A stretch of 64,000 nt of DNA from Macrostomum lignano. Lineage: Eukaryota. The DNA lies in contig NIVC01000736.1 in the NCBI GenBank assembly GCA_002269645.1, forward strand, positions 310,001-374,000. Reading direction: 5' to 3'. How positions within the stretch are numbered: the stretch's first letter is position 1; the number at the start of each line of letters is the position of its first letter. Position numbers and translations under genes: made by a program. The notes under the pieces are model-generated. The model was not told where the DNA came from. It did no database searches and saw nothing but the letters and a program-made list of their open reading frames with translations. Below, in pieces: positions 40,258 to 50,925 of the stretch.

Positions 40258-40672
40258 GTGAGATCTCAAAAATTAGATGAGATCTCATGAAAATTTGATG
40301 GGATCTCAGGAAGATTTGATGGGATCTCATAAGGAATAGATAGGATCTCATAGGGAGTAGATGGGATCTCATAGGGAATAGATGGGATCTCATAGGGAAT
40401 AGATGGGATCTCATAGGGAATAGATGGGATCTCATAGGGAATAGATGGGATCTCATAGGGGGTAGATGGGATCTCATAGGGAATAGATGGGATCTCATAG
40501 GGAATAGATGGGATCTCATAGGGAGTAGATGGGATCTCATAGGGAATAGATGGGATCTCATAGGGAATAGATGGGATCTCATAGGGAATAGATGGGATCT
40601 CATAGAGAATAGATAGGATCTCATAGGGAATAGATAGGATCTCATAGGGAGTAGATGGGATCTCATAGGAAT
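40258..40672. repeat. 21-bp minisatellite GGGATCTCATAGGGAATAGAT just 3' of the HINFP stop
   Basis: About 19 copies. Confidence 0.93.
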
Positions 40673-41361
40673 ATCTGGTTCTGTAGAATCGATTTGATAT
40701 CTCAGGAATTCGATGAGTTCTGTTGTACATGTATTTGATGGAGGGCCATACTTGTGTGTGCTTTATACTTTATGTAATTATGCTCTTATAACTCCCAGTT
40801 TTACTATGTAAAGTTTCACATCTGCACCTGGGGCTGCTCTGATCATGTTTACAGAAACACTCAGTGGCTCAGTCTTTATGTTGCTGCTGCTGTTTTGCAA
40901 CTCTTCAGGCATTGCTACACTGCAATAATTCTCTGTTACAAAAAATTGTGTTTAGCATGCTGCGAGCGTTACACTTATCCGCACATAAACTAGCAGCTTT
41001 GCTAATTAATTAATTTCATTTGTTTATGTGGCAATCTTTGTGTTAAAATATGCGCTCGTTCATCTGTACATCTGCTAGTTTAGTTTAATAATAATAATAA
41101 CTATTTATCTATTTATTTCTAATACCGGAAAATAACAATAATAAGCAAGACATTTTTCGACAGACTACTTATTTTAAAAAATGTTTAAGGTGATGCAGTA
41201 TTTGGTTTTTTTCTATTAACAAAAAATCGTAGAATTAATTTTTCTAGACAATGTGCCTCTACCTACTGACATTCCTGCCTAGTAGTGCAGTAAGAACGGG
41301 AGCTGTAAAAAGTTAAATAACTTTGCCAATCGAAGCTCCTGAAAAAAAACTTGGATATTCC

Positions 41362-43986
41362 ATGAGTCACGTGACGGCAGCCGGAGGGGTTGGCGGCGCC
41401 AGTGCCAGCCAATCAGAAGAGGCCGTCCTGTCCAGCGTTCGCTCGGCAGTGATTTACGCCGATTCTGGCGCCGCCGATTGGATCAACTGGCGCCGGCTAC
41501 TGCCGCGCCTAATCGAGCACGGCGCGCTGGCTGTGCGCGAATTCCAGCCGGCTGAGAAACTGCAGCAGCAGCCAGCGGCCGCGGCCGTCAGGAAGGCCGT
41601 CTTCTTGCTGGCCGGCCGGCCGGACAGCCGGGTTGCCATGGAGACCCTGGCCGAGCTGGTGTCCGACACCGGACTCAATTATGTGATTCTCCTCACCGGA
41701 GCCTGTCCGGAGACCGCCGTGCTCATGGATGTCGAAGAGCACCTGGCCGGCTGGCTGGGGCACGGGGCCACCGCCCAGGTGAGGCCGCTGAAAACTTATT
41801 GAAAGTTTCTTACACTATAGGCTCGTATACACTATATTATATTTTTATTATGCATCTTGTAAGACATGCCAGTGTCTTTCAGACTACAAAAATATTCGGT
41901 GGCCCACGATTTCTAAGAATCCGAATCCCACAAACCGTTTGCTCCTCTCAGGTTCGCTTCGTCCCTCTGGGTCACGTGACCCTGATCCGGCCGCCTGAGG
42001 ACCACCGCTTGCCCGAATTCGTAGTCCTCGGCGGCGGCGGCGATGACGTCACCGACCCGGATGATGATGACGTCATCAGCGAGCCGATTGGCCACCTGGC
42101 TGGCCGGCTGCACAGCCTGCTGGCCGAGCTGTCGCTCAAGGAGGACATCCTCTGCCTCGGGCCGGCCGCCTCCCGTCTCGGCGACGCCCTGGCAGCCCTC
42201 GGGCCCGCAAAGGAGCGGCGCCGGCTGCCCAACCACCGGCGGGCGACTGTCGTGCTGGTGGATCGCGCGCTGGACCTGGTCGGGCCGCTCAGCTTTCTGG
42301 CGGACTCCTGGCTGGACACGCTGTGCAGATCTGGCCGCCCGCTGCTGGTCAGCGATGTGCACCTGGACCTCACCGCCTTCACCAGGTGCGCCGGCTGGAA
42401 CTCCAGTGGGACTGAGTTGGGACTGGGGTGTTGCTGAGTTGGGACTGAGATGTGGCTGAGTTGGAGTTGGGACTGAGATGTGGCTGAGTTGGAATTGGGA
42501 CTGGGATGTGGCTGAGTTGGAACTAGGGTGTGGCTGAGTTGGAACTGAGGTGTGGCTGAGTTGGGACTGAGGTGTGGCTGAGTTGGGACTGAGGTGTGGC
42601 TGAGTTGGGACTGAGGTGTGGCTGAGTTGGGACTGAGGTGTGGCTGAGTTGGGACTGAGGTGTGGCTGAGTTGGAGTTGGGACTGAGATGTGGCTGAGTT
42701 GGAACTAGGGTGTGGCTGAGTTGGAACTGAGGTGTGGCTGAGTTGGGACGGAGATGTGGCTGAGTTGGGACTGAGGTGTGGCTGAGTTGGGACTGAGGTG
42801 TGACTGAGTTGGGACTGAGGTGTGGCTGAGTTGGGACTGAGGTGTGACTGAGTTGGGACTGAGGTGTGACTGAGTTGGGACTGAGGTGTGACTGAGTTGG
42901 GACTGAGGTTTGGCTGAGTTGGGACTGGGGTGTGGCTGAATGACCCCTTCCAGCAGCTCAACAGCCAGTTTTCCTCTACCTGCTGCCACTGGCAGATCCC
43001 GCAGCGCCGCTCACCTGCCCATCGGCTGCCTGTCCGGCTGTCTGGACAGCCCCCTCGGCCGGCGCCTGGCCGGCGGAGACGCCAAGCTGGCCGCAGGGAA
43101 GGCGGCCGCCGCGGCAGCCCAGCGGGCCCTGGCCGACGCCATGACGGCCGAGCGGGTGGCCTTCGACCCGGCGCTGCTCGTCGCCTCAACCTCGGCGGCC
43201 GGCAGCCCAGCGGGCAGCCTCGGCCTCCTGCTGGACCGGCTGGCCTCTGAGCGGCCGGGCCTGGCCTTCTCCAGCCGGCACTCCGGCACCGTCCAGCTGG
43301 CCGTGGCGGTGGCGCAGTCCCTGGCGGCCGCGGCCAGCGAGCGTCGGCAGCTTCAACAGCAGCTGGCAGCCGCCGTCCGCATCGAAAAGTCGATGCTGGG
43401 CGCCGCTGGCAGCCCGCCGGACGAGCTCGCCGAGGTCCGAGCGGCAGCTGCCGCTGAAGCTCAAGCGGCCGGGCTGCCTGCCGACGCCCTGCTGGCGCTG
43501 AAGGTCATTGGTTCGAGCCTGCTGCCCGCGCCCAAAGCTGATGTTGACGCTGAAAGCGAGGAGACGGCGGCCATCCTCGGCCGGCTGTCCCGCGTCCGGG
43601 CCGGCCAGCCTCGCCTGCGGCTGGTGGACAACTCGGTGGTGCCCACCTACGCGCCTCTCGTTGCTCAGCTGGGCGCCGAGATCGTTGGCGCCGCTGGGGC
43701 GCGGGCGCCGGCGCCTCAGTCGGCACCATCGCTGCAGCTGGAGCACAAGTCCACCGGGATGGCCGGCCTGTTCGGCTACCTGGGGGTGTCCGGCAAGCCG
43801 AAGCTGGCCGAGTCCGAGCTGGTGCTGGTCTGCGTGATCGGCGGCGCCACCTGGGCGGAGCACCGGGCGCTGCGGGAGCGGCTCCGCCAGCTGCAGCCGG
43901 GCCGGTCGGTGGCGCTGGTGACGGACCGCCTGCTGCGCGGCCGCGACCAGCTGATCGGGGCGCTACGGCGCGGCGAGCTGTGCTAG
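41362..43986 (+). CDS. SCFD2: Sec1-family domain-containing protein 2 (SCFD2-like); exons 41362-41778, 41952-42385, 42996-43986
   Basis: VRSAVIYADSGAADWINW, KAVFLL, EEHLAGWLG...AQ|VRFVPL, LSLKEDILCLG, RATVVLVDRALDLVGPL, and C-terminal LVLVCVIGGATWAE...QPGRSVALVTDRLL follow the SCFD2 motif order. Confidence 0.85.
42405..42938. repeat. 20-bp minisatellite GTGGCTGAGTTGGGACTGAG, SCFD2 intron 2
   Basis: About 26 copies. Confidence 0.93.
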
Positions 43987-44124
43987 CCTGGCTGTTGTTT
44001 CCATGGCAACCGTATTGTCTAGTCTTGGCGACACAATGTTCTGTTTTCCCGTGCCACTGCTTGTACTGAATCCAAATAATCGCCCCAGACACTACAGGCT
44101 CTCATAAGAACTTGAAGACAATCG

Positions 44125-44527
44125 CAGAAGAATCGCCCCAGACCCAGCTGCCAGGAATCGCCATAGACCCAGCTGTCAGAATCGCCAGCTGGGTCAGCTG
44201 GGTCTATGGGTCTATACAGCTGGGTCTATTCTCCAGCTGTCAGAATCGCCCCAGACCCAGCTGTCAAGAATCGCCCCAGACCCAACTGTCAAGAATCGCC
44301 CCAGACCCAGCTGTCAAGAATCGCCCCAGACCCAGCTGTCAGGAATCGCCCCAGACCAGCTGTCAGGAATCGCCCCAGACCCAACTGTCAAGAATCGCCC
44401 CAGACCTAGCTGTCAAGAATCGCCCCAGACCCAGCTGTCAGGAATCGCCCCAGACCAGCTGTTAGGAATCGCCCCAGACCAGCTGTCAGGAATCGCCCCA
44501 GACCAGCTGATAGGAATCGCCCCAGAC
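44125..44527. repeat. 24-25-bp minisatellite AAGAATCGCCCCAGACCCAGCTGTC between convergent SCFD2 and GTPBP6
   Basis: About 15 copies. Confidence 0.92.
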
Positions 44528-44855
44528 CTCCCACAAACTATGAAGATTTTCGCTTGAAATCTGTTTTCATGATTGCCCGCTATTAATCCAGAGTATTCAG
44601 TGAAGCTGTGAATTCTGGTCTTTGAAATGAACTTTCACGCGTATAATAAATAAACTCGTATTTGCCTCTTCATACGAGGTGCGGATTCAATTTCCGATGC
44701 AAATTGGCTTTCAATGAAACGAACTCAGCTTTTGTCTCGGTTTATTTTATTCAAGTCATATCCTGTACAAAAGGCGGACACGAAACACGCAAAGCACATG
44801 AAATGCTTCTCGAGCACCCGAAAGGCACCCAGGTTAAGTGGCTGAATTTTCACTC

Positions 44856-47800
44856 TCAGAAGCTTCCGGCTGGCCGGAACCGGGCCCGGAACTTGGCCAG
44901 CTGCTGCGGCGACATCAGCAGCCGCATCGCCAGCTGATCGCCGCCGCCTTGGCTGGCGGGCACTGCGGACTCGACAGTCACGCCCTGCTGCTCCAGCCAG
45001 GTGTACAGCCGGGAGGCCGGGGAGCAGCGGAGACGCACGCGCTGGTAGCCCAGGCCGGAGATGAGCCGCGACTGCAGACGCCGCTGCAGCTCAACCAGGT
45101 TCAGCCCCGTCTCGCATGACACCAGCAACGAGTCCTCTGGCGGAGCCGGCGGCTGCGGCGACTCAGAGTCAGTCTGGTGGAAAATGGGATTGCGGGAAAG
45201 GGGATCACACTGGGGAGATGGGATCAGACTGGGGAGAGGGGATCACACTGGGGAGATGAGATCAGACTGGGAAGAGGGAATCACACTGGGGAGATGGGAT
45301 CAGACTGGGAAGAGGGGATCACACTGGGGAGATGGGATCAGACTGGGAAGAGGGGATCACACTGGGGAGAGGGGATCAGACTGGGAAGAGGGGATCACAC
45401 TGGGGAGAGGAGATCACACAGGGGAGAGGGGATCAGACTGGGGAGAGGGGATCAATCACACTGGGGAGAGGGGATCAGACTGGGGAGGGGGGATCACACT
45501 GGGGAGAGGGGATCACACTGGGGAGAGGGGATCACACTGGGGAGAGGGGATCAGACTGGGGAGAGGAGATCACACAGGGGAGAGGGGATCAGACTGGGGA
45601 GAGGGGATCAATCACACTGGGGAGAGGGGATCAGACTGGGGAGGGGGGATCACACTGGGGAGAGGGGATCAGACTGGGGAGAGGGGATCACACTGGGGAG
45701 AGGGGATCAGACTGGGGAGAGGGGATAACACTGGGGAGAGGGGATCACTCTGGGGAGAGGGGATCACACTGGGGAGAGGGGATCACACTGGGGAAAGGGG
45801 ATCACACTGGGGAGAGGGGATCACACTGGGGAAAGGGGATCACACTGGGGAGAGGGGATCAGACTGGGGAGAGGGAATCACACTGGGGAGGGGATCACAC
45901 TGGGGAGAGGGAATCACACTGGGGAGATGGGATCACACTGGGGAGAGGGGATCACACTGGGGAGATGGGAGCAGACTGGGGAGAGGGGATCACACTGCGG
46001 GGAGGGGATCACACTGGGCAGATAGGATAAGACTGGGGAGAGGGGATCATACTGGGGAGAGGGGATCACACTGGGGAGAGGGGATCACACTGGGGAGAGG
46101 GGATCAGACTGGGGAGATGGGATCACACTGGGGAAAGGGGATCACACTGGGGAGATGGGATCAGACTGTGGAGAGGGGATCACACTGGGGAGAGGGGATC
46201 ACAATGGGGAGATGGGATCACACTGGGGAAAGGGGATCACACTGGGGAGATGGGATCACACTGGGGAAAGTGGATCACACTGGGGAGATGGGATCACACT
46301 GGGGAGAGGGGATCAGACTGTGGAGAGGGGATCACACTGGGGAGAGGGGATCACACTGGGGAGATGGGATCACACTGCGGAGATGGGATCACACTGGGCA
46401 GATGAGAGCAGACTGGGAAAAGCCCAGGCTCGCTCACTGAGTCCAGCAGCAGGTCGCACTTGTTGTAAACCGTCAGCATGCCGTTGCGCAGCTTCTCGGA
46501 CAGTCCGAGTTTGTCCAGCGTGTCCGAAACTGTCCGGCACCGTTCCGGCCAGTCCGGATCGCTGCAGTCGACCACGTGGAGCAGCTGGTCGGCGTCCAGC
46601 GAGTCGCGCAGGGTGCAGCGGAACGGAGCCACCAGGCTGGTGGGCAGGTCGGACAGGAAGCCGATGGTGTCCACCAGCAGGCAGGGGAGGCCGCACGGCA
46701 GGCGGCAACGGTGGTGGCTGCTGTGCAGGGTGGCGAACAGCCGGTCCTCGGGCAGCAGAGACGACTTGCGGGCCAGCAGCGACACTAAAGAGGTCTTGCC
46801 GGCGTTGGTGTAGCCCACCACCGCCACAGTGGGCACCTGCGAATACAGATGGGTTGGGTTCAGGAATTTTTTCCTTCCCGGACCCTGCATCCCAACCCCT
46901 TTCTCTCACCCTGCATCCTCAACCCCTCCCCGACCCTGCATCCCCAACCTTTTCTCTCACCCTGCATCCCCAACCCTTTCTCTCACCCTGCATCCCCAAC
47001 CCTTTCTCTCACCTTGCATCCCCAACCCTTTCTCTCACCTTGCATCCCCAACCCTTTCTCTCACCTTGCATCCCCAAACCTTCCCCGACCCTGCATCCCC
47101 AACCTTTTCTCTCACCCTGCATCCCCAACCCTTTCCCTCACCCTGCATCCCAACCCTTTCTCTCACCCTGCATCCCCAAACCTTTCTCTCACCTTGCATC
47201 CCCAACCCTTTCTCTCACCTTGCATCCCCAACCCTTTCTCTCACCCTGCATCCCCAACCCTTTCTCTCACCTTGCATCCCCAACCCCTTCTCACACCCTG
47301 CATCCCCAACCCTTTCCCTCACCCTGCATCCCCAACCCTTTCCCTCACCCTGCATCCCCAACCCTTTCTCTCACCTTGCATCCCCAACCCCTTCTCACAC
47401 CCTGCATCCCCAACCCTTTCCCTCACCCTGCATCCCCAACCCTTTCCCTCACCCTGCATCCCCAACCCTTTCCCTCACCCTGCATCCCCAACCCTTTCCC
47501 TCACCCTGCATCCCCAACCCCTTCCCTCACCCTGCATCCCCAACCCCTTCCCTCACCCTGCATCCCCAACCCCTTCCCTCACCCTGCATCCCCAACCCCT
47601 TCTCTCACCCTGCATCTCCAACCCTTTCTTTCACCTGTCGCCGCCGCGCCTCCCCCTTCGCGGTCTTCCTGGCCTCGATGTCAGCCAGTGCCGCCCGCAG
47701 CCTCTCTGCCTCGGCCTCCAAGGCGTCGAGGGCCCGCTGCCTGCCGGTGGCCTCAGAGGCGGCCCGGCCGGCGGCCACGGACTCCGGTGAGACGACGGCG

Positions 47801-48965
47801 GTGCGGGCGAGACGCAGGGGGATCTCGGCCAGCTGGATCTGCAGCTTGGACTCGCGCGAGGTCGCCCGGTCGTTGAATGCCTGCAGCACCACCGAGTAGC
47901 GGTCCAGCACCGGCCGGCGCCACTCCGCGGACAGGTTGTACGACTGCGGCGGGAGGGCGCGAGGTTTTTGACTGGTGTGTGAACAATCTAAATGCGTGAA
48001 CAATCTAAATAAATGTGTGAACACTGGGAAATGCGTGAACAATCTAGAGAAGACTGTGAACTATCCAAAGAAATATGTGAATACACAAATTAGTAAACAA
48101 TCCAGAGAAATGTGTGAACAATCCAGAGAAATGTGTGAATTATCTAGAGAAATGTGTGAATATTCCACAGAAATGTGTGAATATTCCACAGAAATGTGTG
48201 AATATTCCACAGAAATGTGTGAATATTCCACAGAAATGTGTGAATAATCAAGAGAAACGTGTGAACAATTTAGAGAAACGTGCGAATAATTTAGCGATAT
48301 GTGTGAATCATTAAGAGAAATGTGTGAATCATTTAGAGAAATGGGTGAATAATCCAGATAAATTTGTGAATAATCAAGAGAAATGTGTGAATAATCAAGA
48401 GAAATGTGTGAATAATTTAGAGAAATGTCTGCACAATTCAGATAAATGTGTGAACAATCCAAAGAAAGTGTTAATAATTTAGAAAAAAATGAATAATTTA
48501 AAGAAATGTATGAAAAATCCATAGAAATGTGTGAACAATTCATAGAAATGTGTGCACATTCCATAGAAATGTGTGAACAATCCAGAAAAATGTGTGAAGA
48601 TTCCAGAGAAATGTGTGAACAATCCAGAGCCAGCTCACCTGCATGCCGCTCAGCATGGCCACATTGACGAAGACGGCGGTCGCCTCGCTGCGCCGCACCT
48701 GGCTGGCGAGCTGGCTGTACACCCCGCTGGTGAACACCCACTGGGTCCGCTGCTTCATGTTGACGCTGAAGCAGCCCGACACCGACCAGCCATCGATGGA
48801 TTTCACCAGAGCGCGCGCCTCGGCCAGCTGCCGCTCCGGTGGCACCGAGTCCCGGTGGCCCCGCAGCTTCCGGCGCAGAGGCTGGACGATCAAGACGCTG
48901 TGCCAGCGACGCGGCAGCTGCGGCCGAAGGCGCTGGCAGCGGCGGCAGGACTGAGCTGCGAGAAG
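44856..48965 (-). CDS. GTPBP6: Mitochondrial HflX-family GTPase GTPBP6; exons 48965-48639, 47943-47635, 46836-46438, 45173-44856; no genomic in-frame ATG
   Basis: QLAEARALVKSIDGW, AVFVNV, VLDRYSVVLQAF..RA.SRESKLQIQLAEIP; G1 GYTNAGKT, G2 DRLFATL, G3 DTIGF, G4 NKCD; LLVSCETG. All introns are phase-0 GT-AG. Confidence 0.92.
45195..46420. repeat. 21-bp minisatellite GGGATCACACTGGGGAGAGG(G), GTPBP6 intron 3
   Basis: About 58 copies. Confidence 0.95.
46880..47630. repeat. 26-bp minisatellite CCCTGCATCCCCAACCCTTTCTCTCA, GTPBP6 intron 2
   Basis: About 28 copies. Confidence 0.95.
47975..48628. repeat. 22-bp minisatellite AGAAATGTGTGAACAATCCAG(A), GTPBP6 intron 1
   Basis: About 29 degenerate copies. 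Confidence 0.9.
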
Positions 48966-49189
48966 CTGCAGTGCGGTAGGATCAAAAAATCCCCTGAGAT
49001 CCTGTAGAACGGATTTGCTCAGAGCCAGCGGTTCTGCTAGATGCAGATCGCAATGGGATTAACTGGACCGCTTTTGGGACAAAACATTTCTTATAGAGAA
49101 GAGGCCGGACTCGTGTCAACATCCAATGTCAATATGTACGAGAATGTCTCACGAAGTCTAATGGATTATGGACACTGGATCTAATAGAT

Positions 49190-49522
49190 CAGGGTTCCAC
49201 TGTCTAAGAGATGAGTCCATAGACTAATCCAGAGATTCCAGACTATTAGTCATAGACTAATAGATCAGGGTCCCAGAGTCTTATAGATCAGGGTCCCATA
49301 GTCTTATAGATCAGGGTCCCATAGTCTTACAGATCAGGGTCCCATAGTCTTATAGATCAGGGTCCCATAGTCTTATAGATCAGGGTCCCATAGACTAATA
49401 GATCAGGGTCCCATAGACTAATAGATCAGGGTGCCATAGTGTATTAGATCAGGGTGCCATAGTCTAATAGATCAAGGTGCCACAGTCTAATAGATCAAGG
49501 TGCCACAGTCTAATAGATCAGG
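49190..49522. repeat. 22-bp minisatellite TAGATCAGGGTCCCATAGTCTTA upstream of GTPBP6
   Basis: About 13 copies. Confidence 0.88.
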
Positions 49523-49899
49523 TTACCAAACGGTCTTGGATACAGCAAGCCGAGAAAACAAAGGCAGACACAAGGCAATTTTCAATATTAATAAACCTGT
49601 CTAGATGTGCAAATATTAATAATTTCCAAGTCACAGAGATGGAAAGCTGGCTGACAAAATAAAACAGTATATTTCTTGTATTCCATTTGCTGATCTGCCG
49701 CGTCCCAAATAATAACCAGGCCAAATGCAGCGCAGGTGAGCATAAGCCTAAAGCATTTCATCATAGATCTACTGGTGCAATAAGATTGATCAAGGCAGCA
49801 CTGCTGAGCTCTTTGTGATTGCAAGTTTGGGTGTACAGTATGGCAGCTCAAGTTTGCAAGCAAGTTACGGGTTGGATCAAAAGGCAGAGAACGATTCCT

Positions 49900-50760
49900 G
49901 ACGATTCTGATGGTCAGGGAGTCCCGATTCTGATGGTCAGGTGTCCCGATTCTAATGGTCAGGGTCCTGTTTCTGATGGTCAGGGGTCCCGATTCTGATG
50001 GTCAGGGGTACCGATTCTGATGGTCAGGTGTCCCGATTCTAATGGTCAGGGGTCCCGATTCTGATGGTCAGGGTCCTGTTTCTGATGGTCAGGGGTCCTG
50101 TTTCTGATGGTCAGGGGTCCTGTTTCTGATGGTCAGGGGTGCTGATTCTGATGGACATGGGTACCGATTCTGATGGTCAGGGGTCCCGATTCTGATGGTC
50201 AGGCGCACTTATTCTGATGGTCAGGGGTACCGATTATAATGGTCAGGCGCACTTATTCTAATGGTCAGGGGTCCCGATTCTGATGGTCAGGGGTACCGAT
50301 TCTGATGGTCAGGGGTCCTGGTTCTGATAGTCAGGGGTCCCGATTCTGATGGTCAGGGGTACCGATTCTGATGGTCAGGGGTACCGATTCTGATGGTCAG
50401 GGGTACCGATTCTGATGGTCAGGGGTACCGATTCTGATGGTCAGGGGTACCGATTCTGATGGTCAGGGGTCCCGATTCTGATGGTCAGGGGTACCGATTC
50501 TGATGGTCAGGGGTCCCGATTCTGATGGTCAGGGGTCCCGATTCTGATGGTCAGGGGTACCGATTGTGATGGTCAGGGGTACCGATTCTGATGGTCAGGG
50601 GTCCCGATTTTAATGGTCAGTGAGTCCTGATTCTAATGGTCAGGCGCACTTATTCTAATGGTCAGGGGTCCCGATTCTAATGTACAGAGGTCCTGTTTCT
50701 GATGGTCAGGGGTCCCGATTCTGATGGTCGGGCGCACTTATTCTGATGGTCAGGGGTCCC
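49900..50760. repeat. 21-bp minisatellite GATTCTGATGGTCAGGGGTCC(C) 3' of the GABPB-like gene
   Basis: About 40 copies. Confidence 0.94.
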
Positions 50761-50925
50761 AGTTCTTGTAATATTGTAATCATCCACAGAGGCACCAAAA
50801 ACCTGATCAGGAGACCCTAACAAGAACAATTTTCAACCAAAGCGAGAGTGAATTGAAAAGCTTGAGTCAGAGCTCCAGCACTGAGCCAGTACAAGGGCGG
50901 GCGGGGGCAGTCCAGTTAGGCCCTG

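Noticed and set aside
45061-47899. Long plus-strand ORFs (459, 573, 356 and 313 aa)
   Set aside because: Antisense to GTPBP6; composed of intronic minisatellite translations.
47944-47972. Apparent frameshift at GTPBP6 exon 2 if the AG at 47972 is used
   Set aside because: The acceptor ccgccgcag| at 47944 gives a phase-0 join MQ|SYNLSAEW that matches GTPBP6 spacing.
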